From positions 160,001 through 224,000 of the forward strand of contig CAWJKV010000002.1 of assembly GCA_963843555.1 (NCBI GenBank): a stretch of 64,000 nt of DNA, in the 5' to 3' direction. Numbering within the stretch: position 1 is the first letter of the stretch; the number at the start of each line of letters is the position of its first letter. This DNA is from an uncultured Methanosarcinales archaeon. Its GTDB lineage: Archaea; Halobacteriota; Methanosarcinia; Methanotrichales; Methanotrichaceae. Both the position numbers and the translations under genes were made by a program. Of this stretch, positions 43,165 to 51,909 are shown one piece after another. Below the pieces are notes generated by a model that saw only the letters and a program-made list of their open reading frames with translations, did not search any database and was not told the origin of the DNA.

Positions 43165-43182
43165 TATCGCGATAAGACGATA
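43165..43182. promoter_or_regulatory. Candidate ArsR operator, copy 3
   Basis: tatcg-cgataaga-cgata next to the TATA-like box upstream of the second arsR. Confidence 0.55.
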
Positions 43183-43356
43183 TGATATCCTTGACTCCCA
43201 CTGCCCTAAAAAAAGATATTCATTTGAAAATAAAGGCATGAGAAGGGATCGGATGGCATTCTGAAGGAATCATCCAGATGTTGAAGCATCGATTTATCTA
43301 TCACTATCATATAAAAAAAATTGTGAGGCAGATGAAACTACCCCAAAAGTTGTCAG

Positions 43357-43734
43357 CTAGTTGCCGCAGCCGGCCGCAGGGCTAGCAGCACAGCCGCAAG
43401 CTTGACAGCCGCAGGCAGATCCGCAATTAGCGCTGGGATAATTAACTGCGCATGAAGATGCCACACTAGCTCCTTGGGCACATGAGCCTCCGCAGTTCTT
43501 CAAGCATCCTGATTGCGAACAGGATGCACTGTTGGGGCAGGTACATGATTCTGCTTGTCCGGGAACCACTCCAATTCCTGCAGCTTCTTGGGCACATGAG
43601 CCTCCGCAGTTCTTCAAGCATTCTGATTGCGAACATGATACACTGTTGGGGCAGATACACGATCCTGCTTGTCCGAGAGCCATTCCCATTCCTGCAAGCA
43701 GCAGGACTATTGAGACGATTGCCAGTTTCTTCAT
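43357..43734 (-). CDS. Secreted Cys-rich, metallothionein-like repeat protein
   Basis: Signal peptide; 19 Cys in 125 aa; duplicated CxCPNSxSCSQSxCLKNCGGSCAQ. Confidence 0.7.
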   Translation of the reverse strand: MKKLAIVSIVLLLAGMGMALGQAGSCICPNSVSCSQSECLKNCGGSCAQEAAGIGVVPGQAESCTCPNSASCSQSGCLKNCGGSCAQGASVASSCAVNYPSANCGSACGCQACGCAASPAAGCGN

Positions 43735-43735
43735 T

Positions 43736-43773
43736 TTATACCACTCTACTCATCTTATACCACTCTACTCATC
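43736..43773. repeat. 19-bp tandem duplication directly upstream of the Cys-rich gene start
   Basis: ttataccactctactcatc x2. Confidence 0.85.
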
Positions 43774-44069
43774 TTATGAACGTCGCACGTTGACAACAGC
43801 TGATGATCACTATAGCATATGACGATTTGGATTTAGGCAAGATCCTTGGGACCATTAGACGAGAATGTGATTTAAATTGGAAGTGCATTCATTTTTAATC
43901 TTATTCTTTGCGGCTATTTTCCTTTCAGATTATTATTCTCACAGGAAAGACGGCAAGGGATCATGTAAATGAATTTGTCTGTTCAGGAGCTTAGAAAACC
44001 CTTTATACTTCGACGATCGTCTTATACAGGAGAGTTCACAATTGTGATGAACCAGCGCAAGGAGGAGTT

Positions 44070-44657
44070 ATGAAGATCATTAGCCTGCTAGGAGCATTTG
44101 CAGTTTTCAGCCTCATGATGGCGCCTGCCTTCTCGCAGCCGAGCCTGTCGGGCTGTGAATGCATGCTTGAGGATTGCCATGGGGAGCCTATTGAGAATTG
44201 CTGCAGCAAGGCCCTAGATAACTGCTGCATCTCACTGAACTGCACCTGTCCTGGGCTGACTGCGTCATACCCGGGGATGGAATATTATGATCCCGGTTAC
44301 TCTCAATTTGGCAAGAGCAGCTCGCGTTCGCCTGCCAGACCCGGATCGAGTGGTCTGCCAAGCTCCAGCAATGCCGGTGCGTCCTTCCCAGCGTCTCTGG
44401 TTGCTGCTGATAACATCGGACCGCCGGACCCGGATGTGGTAGAATATCTTCCCCCTTCGGCAAAGCAGGTATTCCTGGTTCTCGCATCAGACGGCCCTCT
44501 GACGCAGAAGGACATCATAAGTAAAACCGATCTTCCGCCCAGGACAGTGAGATATGCCCTGGGCAGACTCAAAGGAGAAGAGATGCTGGAGGAGCGTTTC
44601 TGCTTCAGCGATGCCCGGCAAAGCCTCTACAGCCTGTTTGGAATAGATACGAGGTAG
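44070..44657 (+). CDS. Signal peptide + Cys-rich segment + C-terminal winged-helix DNA-binding domain
   Basis: CECMLEDC..CC..CC..CTC; LPPSAKQVF...LTQKDI...PRTVRYALGRL...DARQSLY. Confidence 0.7.
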   Translation: MKIISLLGAFAVFSLMMAPAFSQPSLSGCECMLEDCHGEPIENCCSKALDNCCISLNCTCPGLTASYPGMEYYDPGYSQFGKSSSRSPARPGSSGLPSSSNAGASFPASLVAADNIGPPDPDVVEYLPPSAKQVFLVLASDGPLTQKDIISKTDLPPRTVRYALGRLKGEEMLEERFCFSDARQSLYSLFGIDTR

Positions 44658-44711
44658 ATGGCCTGGTTGTTAAAGGTTGACATAGTCTAAAGAGAATTTA
44701 CCCTCTCTCAA

Positions 44712-45884
44712 TCACTGTATCCCCCGTTTGGCTTTAATCCTCAGGGTGGAGAGTTTTTGCAGGGCATCATCTAAAGTCTCTATTTTTTTGGCAAAGTGGA
44801 AGCGTATCAAATGTCTTACATCCTCCCGGAAGAAACTGGAGCCCGGAACGGCTGCCACGCCCACCTCTTTTGCCATCCATTCACAGAAGGCGGTATCGTC
44901 CGCACATCCGAACTCGGATATATCCATCATTACATAATAGGCCCCCTGGGGAAAGGTGTATGTGAGCCCTTCCGCATTCAGTCCTTTGATGAAGAAGTCT
45001 CTCTTCTGCGTGTACATCTCGCAAAGGTTCGCATAATATTCATCCGGAAAGCCAAGTGCTGTGACGGCCGCCTCCTGCAAGGGTGCTGGCGCGCCTACGG
45101 TCAGAAAGTCATGCACCTTTCTCGCGCCATCGGTGATAGCCGGCGGAGCTATCAGATATCCCAGCCTCCAACCTGTGATGGAATAGGTCTTGGATAAGGA
45201 GCTGCAGGAAATGGTCCTCTCGAACATGCCCGGGAGAGATGCGAAATAGATATGTTTATACGGTTTATAGACAATATGCTCGTAGACCTCATCGGTTATC
45301 ACGAATACATCGTATTGATCTGCCAGTTCGGCGATTAACTTCAGCTCCTTTAACGTGAAAACCTTTCCCGTAGGATTGGAGGGATTGCATAGAATCAATG
45401 CCTTGGGTCTCTGCTGAAATGCCCTCGTCAGCTCTTCTTCATCAAATGAGAAGTCAGGAGGATACAGGGGCACATAGATCGGTTCGGCACCGGATAGTAT
45501 GGCATCTGCACCATAATTCTCATAGAAAGGCGAGAAGACTATGACCTTATCACCCGGATTGCAGACCGTCATCATAGCTGCCATCATGGCCTCCGTGCTT
45601 CCGCAAGTGACAACGATCTCTCTCTCCGGGTCGATAGGTATTTTCATAAATTTGGACTGCTTTTTAGCCAGAGCTTCACGAAAATTTTGAGCACCCCAGG
45701 TTACTGCATACTGATGCGGCCCCTTCATTGCGACATCTTCCAGAGCCCGCAAAAGCGGCTCTGGCGGCTGGAAATCCGGAAAGCCCTGGGAGAGATTGAT
45801 AGCTCCATGTGCGTTGGCAATTCGGGTCATTTTGCGGATGACCGATTCGGAGAAACATTCCGTGCGGCGGCTTAATGACGGCAT
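44712..45884 (-). CDS. PLP-dependent aminotransferase class I/II
   Basis: INLSQGFPDF, NPSNPTGKV, DEVYEH, SLSKTYSITGWRLG. Confidence 0.92.
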   Translation of the reverse strand: MPSLSRRTECFSESVIRKMTRIANAHGAINLSQGFPDFQPPEPLLRALEDVAMKGPHQYAVTWGAQNFREALAKKQSKFMKIPIDPEREIVVTCGSTEAMMAAMMTVCNPGDKVIVFSPFYENYGADAILSGAEPIYVPLYPPDFSFDEEELTRAFQQRPKALILCNPSNPTGKVFTLKELKLIAELADQYDVFVITDEVYEHIVYKPYKHIYFASLPGMFERTISCSSLSKTYSITGWRLGYLIAPPAITDGARKVHDFLTVGAPAPLQEAAVTALGFPDEYYANLCEMYTQKRDFFIKGLNAEGLTYTFPQGAYYVMMDISEFGCADDTAFCEWMAKEVGVAAVPGSSFFREDVRHLIRFHFAKKIETLDDALQKLSTLRIKAKRGIQ

Positions 45885-46342
45885 AATAAATTGACCTCAG
45901 AGTTAGGGAATCCAACATTTTGCTAGATTATATAATATGTGGGTCTGATGCCGCCCTTGAATTAATCAATCTTTTCATTTGTATGTAGCTCCCCGGAAGG
46001 TCGGCTTTATCCAGAAGATTGTGGTATGAAGGGCTCGATGAGCACCGGACGCTGGATCTGGGCTTCATGCTTCCAACGGCCGCGTACTTCTTGCCCTTTC
46101 CCGCCTGACCGCAGGAGGCACGAGGCACGTAAGCTCTTGGAGTCTGCGAGCGCGGGATGCACGCCAAAACGGGAGAAGTCACTCATTCCAGCACTTTTTT
46201 GGCTCCCTTGAGCCTCTTGCCAACCAGATCTTCTGTGAGCCTCTGTCACCTAGAAGTAAGTGCATATTGTTTCACTAATCAGCATATTCTGATTTGTCAG
46301 AAATGTTTAAATATTCAGAAATATCCTATTGCTTGAGGTTTA

Positions 46343-46618
46343 ATGACGGCTGCTGAAGACGAGTTGGGATCCTGTTGCACGCCCAAAGGAATAGGCTGCT
46401 GCAGAGTGGAATCGATAGTGACCATAGACGAGAGGGGGCAGATGGTGCTTCCTAAAGAGATTCGAGAAAGGGCGTTGATAAAGTCGGGAGATAAGCTGGC
46501 CGTGCTGAGCCTGGAGAAGGACGGCAAGATCTGCTGCCTATCTCTGATCAAGGTTGAAGAGCTTGAAGGCATGGTGAAGTCCAGGCTTGGGCCTGTCATG
46601 AATGAAGTTTTTAAGTGA
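46343..46618 (+). CDS. AbrB-family regulator with N-terminal Cys pairs (HgcC-like)
   Basis: SCC...GCCRVESIVTIDERGQMVLPKEIR...KICC. Confidence 0.75.
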   Translation: MTAAEDELGSCCTPKGIGCCRVESIVTIDERGQMVLPKEIRERALIKSGDKLAVLSLEKDGKICCLSLIKVEELEGMVKSRLGPVMNEVFK

Positions 46619-46679
46619 TAAATTAATTTAAATCCTAATTTGACTATCTAATTAAAAGAATTCTGATTCAGGTGGAAAT

Positions 46680-47513
46680 ATGAAAGAAAAAGATGAAAAA
46701 TTGAAGATGGCTGTAAGAGAGAGCTATGGGCGCGTTGCAGAGCAATCCGGATCCTGTTGTTCGTCCGGCTGCTGTGGTTCAGCCAAGCCAGAGGAGATCG
46801 CAAAGAAGATTGGCTACACGGAAGAGGAAGTGCAAGCTGTGCCAACGGGCTCAAACCTGGGACTCGGCTGTGGCAATCCAATCGCATTGGCCTCTCTGGC
46901 GGAAGGGGAGACCGTGCTGGACCTGGGATCAGGTGCTGGTTTCGATTGCTTCCTGGCATCCAACATCGTCGGCCCGAAAGGAAAGGTCATCGGAGTGGAC
47001 ATGACTATGGAGATGATAGCCAGGGCAAGAGACAATGCCCTCAAAGGAGGCTACGACAATGTGGAGTTCAGGTTGGGCGAGATCGAGGCTCTGCCGGTTG
47101 AGGATAACTCCATCGATATAATCATATCCAACTGCGTCATTAATCTGGTGCCGGATAAGAAGAAGGCCTTCCGGGAAGCTTTCCGGGTTCTCAAACCCAA
47201 AGGCCGTCTGATGGTCTCAGATATTGTCCTGCAGAAAAAGCTCCCTGATTCTGTGCTGGATTCGATTGAAGCCTATGTCGGTTGTGTTGCGGGTGCCTCG
47301 ACGAGGACTGGGTATTTGGATGCCATAAATTCGGCTGGATTTCGGGATGTAACAGTGATCAAAGAGACAAACTTCCCTCTGGATTGTATGACCAGCGATC
47401 CGAACGGCCAGGCGATCTTGTCCAGCCTGAAAGGATCTGCCGAGGAGATCAAAAAGATTGAGGGATCGATATCCAGCATAAAGGTCAGGGCCGTCAAGCC
47501 GGGACAGGGATGA
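46680..47513 (+). CDS. arsM: Arsenite S-adenosylmethionine methyltransferase
   Basis: NLGLGCGNP, LDLGSGAGFDC, ISNCVINL, YVGCVAGA. Confidence 0.95.
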   Translation: MKEKDEKLKMAVRESYGRVAEQSGSCCSSGCCGSAKPEEIAKKIGYTEEEVQAVPTGSNLGLGCGNPIALASLAEGETVLDLGSGAGFDCFLASNIVGPKGKVIGVDMTMEMIARARDNALKGGYDNVEFRLGEIEALPVEDNSIDIIISNCVINLVPDKKKAFREAFRVLKPKGRLMVSDIVLQKKLPDSVLDSIEAYVGCVAGASTRTGYLDAINSAGFRDVTVIKETNFPLDCMTSDPNGQAILSSLKGSAEEIKKIEGSISSIKVRAVKPGQG

Positions 47514-47856
47514 ACGGATAGAGCCGCTTTGTTCCAGGCAATGGCCTGCCGGAAATTGCAGCCATTCTTTTTTGCTTTTTTTGCTTTTTCTCATTTGGCG
47601 TAACTTGATGCCAAAGCTTCGTATGATCTTTTATGGCTCCCTCCCAAAGTTTCGACGACTTGGGGATAGAGGTCCAAATTATAATATTCCGTGAAAAAAT
47701 AACTTGTTGTTGTCTGGTGGATGGCAAGTTGGGTTCCGCTACTGGATATTCTTGTGAATCTTATATCAGAACTGGCATGCTACCCACGCTACTAGAATTT
47801 ATCTTGATGCAATCGATCTTTAAGACATATAATTCGATGAACGATATGCTTATCTA

Positions 47857-47874
47857 ATTGAACGATCGTTCAAT
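47857..47874. promoter_or_regulatory. Perfect 18-bp palindrome, candidate autoregulatory operator
   Basis: attgaacgatcgttcaat immediately upstream of the HTH-MNT gene. Confidence 0.55.
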
Positions 47875-47880
47875 ATTTTG

Positions 47881-48424
47881 ATGGCTTCTCTGAGAAAGTT
47901 CGTGGGCTTCAGAGTGCTCGAATTCTTTCTGACCCATCCTTCTTTAGAGATTCATCTCAATGAGCTGGCAAGATCTCTGGAGATCGCCAGGGGAAGTGCC
48001 AAGAGCTACTGCGATGCCCTTGTCGATGAGGGGCTGATCCTTAATAGAAATAAAGCCAATCTCCGGCTTTTCAGATTGAACAGGGATGATTTTGCCGTCA
48101 GAGAGATAACGAAGGCCTACTATCTTCTAAAGCTCAAACATTTAGGTGTCGAGCGCCTGGCTGAAGGCTGCATATCTCTGGCAATCTATGGGAGCTTTGC
48201 CCGAGGTGACATTGACGAACGAAGCGATCTCGATCTTCTGATTATAGGCGAGGAATCTGATGTGAATAGAGATGGAATCCTGAAACTCCAGGATTCCCTG
48301 CGATAGAGAGGTCCAGCTAACCGTTTTGCCATACTACCAATGGGAAACCATGAAAAAAGATGGCGATGGATTCGCAGAGAGCGTCTTGAGGAAACACGTC
48401 CTTGTGAGCGGTGTCCAGCTATGA
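47881..48424 (+). CDS. HTH + nucleotidyltransferase (MNT) antitoxin, frameshift near 48300
   Basis: HLNELARSL; IYGSFARG...SDLDLLII. Confidence 0.8.
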
Positions 48425-48831
48425 GGTTAGAAGAATGCCTCGATAAAGGTCTTATCAAGAAGGATCCCCAGGCAAGCGAAAGGGTAGAAAGCTCTCTGAT
48501 GATTGCAGAGAGATTTCTCAGATCTTCAAGCCGTAACCTGGAGATCGATGAGCATGAGATGGCAGAAATTGCAGCCTACAATAGCGCATTTCATGCAGGG
48601 AGGGCTCTGCTTTTTGCGAAAGGGTATACCGAGCGCAGCCACTTTTGTCTCGGTGTTGCTCTAAAAGGTTTGTACAGAGGGAAAATCCTCGATCTTCTAA
48701 ATATTTTTGATAAAATCCGGATATCCCGACATAATGTTCAATATGGAGGAGCGCTCGTCAGAGAAGATGAGGCGGCGTTTGTAGTGGAATATTGCGCAGG
48801 ATTTTTTAGATGCAGCCAAAACGGAACTTAA
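48421..48831 (+). CDS. HEPN domain protein
   Basis: AYNSAFHAGRALL, ERSH, RHNVQY. Confidence 0.8.
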   Translation: MRLEECLDKGLIKKDPQASERVESSLMIAERFLRSSSRNLEIDEHEMAEIAAYNSAFHAGRALLFAKGYTERSHFCLGVALKGLYRGKILDLLNIFDKIRISRHNVQYGGALVREDEAAFVVEYCAGFFRCSQNGT

Positions 48832-48929
48832 TGAAAACAAGTGATCCAACTATTACTATGAAGTGGAACTGCAGTCGTCCGCCCATCTTTGGAACTGAGC
48901 CGCATGTGAGAGTCCTTCATCCGGATGAT

Positions 48930-48996
48930 GACGAATCCAATATCCTTTCAGGAATCTCAAGAGTTCCTGGGATTCAATCGCAGGAAGCTTTTGCAT
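48930..48996 (-). pseudogene. HicA toxin N-terminal remnant
   Basis: MQKLPAIESQELLRFL overlapping the hicB stop, then diverges. Confidence 0.5.
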
Positions 48997-49210
48997 CTTG
49001 GACGACTTCCAGCTCTCTGAAACCGACGAATGTATTGATGGTCTCGATCTTTGTCTCTTCCAGACACATCTCAACAACTTCCAATATGTTTTTCATGGCT
49101 TCTTCTACGGTCTCGCCCCAGGAGTGACATCCCTTAAAAAGCGGGCAGCTAACTATGTATAGGCCATCTTCATCGATTTCAATGAGAATTGGCAAGTGCA
49201 GCTTTTCCAT
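48974..49210 (-). CDS. hicB: HicB antitoxin
   Basis: DEDGLYIVSCPLFKGCHSWGETVEEAMKNI. Confidence 0.85.
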   Translation of the reverse strand: MEKLHLPILIEIDEDGLYIVSCPLFKGCHSWGETVEEAMKNILEVVEMCLEETKIETINTFVGFRELEVVQDAKASCD

Positions 49211-49612
49211 GATTGGATCAACCCATTTAGTCTTGCGAGCTGCAGACTTAAAGGTATTTCGCAATAGTTACAGTGCTTAACCCAATGAGATCCCAAAAGG
49301 CAAAATTAGGTTTGAGCAGGCGGGACCAGAGCTTATCTGTCTGCTCAGTAGCTGAGACGATCTGGATCGTAGGTCGTCGCCAATCGGTTTTCTGGATCTC
49401 TATTACTGGATGGGCACTGCTGATATGCGCCGCTGATTCGCAGTGGGCGCAGCGCGCGAAAAACGCGCGGTACAGTCTGGGCGCCTCAACGCCGGACAGG
49501 CTTGGACAAAACGATAGAGAAGGTTTAGTCTAGGTCCGGGCCATCGCAGGAGGTGACCGTGCCGCAGATCGTTATCATCGAGCCTCGCATGCCTGCGGCA
49601 TAGGTGCCCCCA

Positions 49613-50836
49613 TCAATAAGCCACATCCCTCCTTTTCCTCTCGGGGCTCGTCAGCCATGAATGCAAATCCGCCAGCACATTTTCTCCTATCGGCCCCAGG
49701 GGTTGAATCCAGTTCTTTGATGGATAGAAGGTGTGTCCCAGCCCAGGATAGATGATCAGGGTATGGTCGGGGTGGTTGACCTCCACTAATTTCTGCTCGA
49801 GCAGCATGGCCTGCTGGACAGGAACCTGGGTGTCATTCTCTCCCTGGAGGATCAGGATGCTGGCAGAGACATTGCCGATGATCTCGGTGGTATTGTTCAG
49901 GGCGAAGTAGGACTGCAACCATATACTTCCTGGGAACGTCTCGTTGGAGAGCAAAATTTGGGACTGCTTAATTATCAGTGGTTTCAGGTCATCCTGAATG
50001 CTGATGTTGCCCGTCTGGTTGGAGGTTATGACCGAGTGCCACTGGTACTGGTCGGTCGTATTGTTCTTCTCGACAAGGCCTGCAGACGGAAGCGGAGCAA
50101 TATTCTCGCCAGGTGTTGCCATGATCGCTTCCACTTCCTTTATGGACAACAGGCCATCATGGTTGGTGTCAATGATCTGATCTGCATATAATAGTGGCCT
50201 GGTTATCAACTGGAATTCCAGAAGGTTCCTCAGATTCTCTGCTGTCGCAGACATGAGAACTATATTCTTGACCTCTTTATTCTCCAGGGCAATCCTAGGG
50301 GCGACTATTGCTCCTTCGCTGTGGCCGAGCACAGTTATGTCGTTCCTGTCTACCTCAGGCTGGGCTATGAGTACCTTCAGGGCCTTCTCGGCATCGCTCT
50401 TATAATTCTCGTAAGTAGCATTGTTGACGATACTGGCATTAAGGATAGTACCGTTCAGACCTACCCCACGTTTATTGAACCGGAGGACGGCAATGCCTCT
50501 CGATGAGAGGTATTCGGCTATCTGCAGAAACGGCCTTGAAGGTTCACTTGATCCGGTGACTATTGGCGGAAGGTACTCGTTCATGTCTGTCGCCCCACTG
50601 CCCTGAATGAGAAGAACCCCTGGGAAGGGGCCTTCCCCCACTTTGGGCAGAGTGAGCTGGGCATCTGTATTCAGGCCGTCTCCAAGATCTATTACCAGGT
50701 CACGAGCTGCGAACTCCTGAGCACCTGCATTGGGAAGAGACTGCAGAATGATCAGGACGACGATCAAGGGAAAAGAGGCGAATGCTATGCGTTTCTTCTT
50801 TTCGGGTTTAAGCTGGCTGTTTTTGAAAGAGATCAT
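49613..50836 (-). CDS. Secreted alpha/beta hydrolase (S9/DUF3887-like esterase or peptidase)
   Basis: GSGATD, GHSEG nucleophile elbow, QGENDTQV, GLGHTF. Confidence 0.85.
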   Translation of the reverse strand: MISFKNSQLKPEKKKRIAFASFPLIVVLIILQSLPNAGAQEFAARDLVIDLGDGLNTDAQLTLPKVGEGPFPGVLLIQGSGATDMNEYLPPIVTGSSEPSRPFLQIAEYLSSRGIAVLRFNKRGVGLNGTILNASIVNNATYENYKSDAEKALKVLIAQPEVDRNDITVLGHSEGAIVAPRIALENKEVKNIVLMSATAENLRNLLEFQLITRPLLYADQIIDTNHDGLLSIKEVEAIMATPGENIAPLPSAGLVEKNNTTDQYQWHSVITSNQTGNISIQDDLKPLIIKQSQILLSNETFPGSIWLQSYFALNNTTEIIGNVSASILILQGENDTQVPVQQAMLLEQKLVEVNHPDHTLIIYPGLGHTFYPSKNWIQPLGPIGENVLADLHSWLTSPERKRRDVAY

Positions 50837-51265
50837 ATTGAGATGTTGTCTCCACGGGTTTTAAGTTTTGGCCTCCTTGCTATGTGGGCGAACTTAATGA
50901 TTGTAAATCAATATCAGCTTCGCACTTTCTTCCGGGGTTCCGCGAGTCGGCCTTCTGGGCCTCCCGCGCTGTGGCTGGGGCCCCCTCAACGCCGGGAAGG
51001 CTCGGATAATGGTGGTGAATGGTTGATGCTATCTGGCCATGTTTGCTCTTCCGATTGCAGGTGATTAAGCTGCAGACTGATAGAGGGTCAGAATGTCGGC
51101 CCCTGTGTTTGAAACGTCGTAGCCCATTGATTGGCCAAATGGTTACGAATTGCCACCACAGAGCCACAGAGCGCACGGAGGACTAACAGAGGACTCGACT
51201 ATTCCATTCCAGGCAATATGTTGCAGCGCAGGATTAAATACGAGCACAAGACATGTATAATTTAG

Positions 51266-51499
51266 ATGAGAACGCTTCGTTATAGAATTCTGATCAGGCT
51301 GGAGACTGACGGAACATATACGGTTATTGTCCCGTCTCTACCAGGATGTTTGACCTTTGGCAATACTATTGAGGAAGCTTTAGAGATGGCAAAAGAAGCC
51401 ATCGAAGTATATATCGAAAGCCTTGCCGCCAGAGGCAAAGAGATCCCTGTCGAAGAAGATCAGATCGAAGCAACTATAACAGTTGTTGCAAATGCATAA
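51266..51499 (+). CDS. hicB: HicB antitoxin
   Basis: YTVIVPSLPGCLTFGNTIEEALEMAKEAI. Confidence 0.88.
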   Translation: MRTLRYRILIRLETDGTYTVIVPSLPGCLTFGNTIEEALEMAKEAIEVYIESLAARGKEIPVEEDQIEATITVVANA

Positions 51500-51715
51500 G
51501 TTGCCCGTCCTGTCACCAGAGAAGCTTGCCAGAGCTCTTGAAAAGAAGGGATTTGTGCTAGACAGGATTAGGGGCAGCCATCATGTTTATTGCCATCCTG
51601 ATCTTGATGTCACGGTTACAATTCCGTTCCACAAAAAGAGGTAGGCAAAGGACTGCTTATCGAAATCATGAAACAGGCAGGAATAACACGCGAAGAGCTA
51701 TTGGATCTCTTATAA
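51492..51715 (+). CDS. hicA: HicA toxin, frameshifted near 51635
   Basis: MHKLPVLSPEKLARALEKKGFVLDRIRGSHH...TIPFH. Confidence 0.75.
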
Positions 51716-51909
51716 ACGAGGGAGTGCGAATTATCGGGTACTTCCCCCGTTTGCGACCTTTCCATCTGGCTGATCGGGGTTCCACCTGCCCGAATCCCAC
51801 GCAAGACCGACCGACGCCTGCGAGAACGCTCCAGCCGCGAGCTTGCGATTCGAGCCTCTTTTCATGAATAGTAGTAACCGTGATTTGGTATCCCTAACTC
51901 TCCTAGCTT

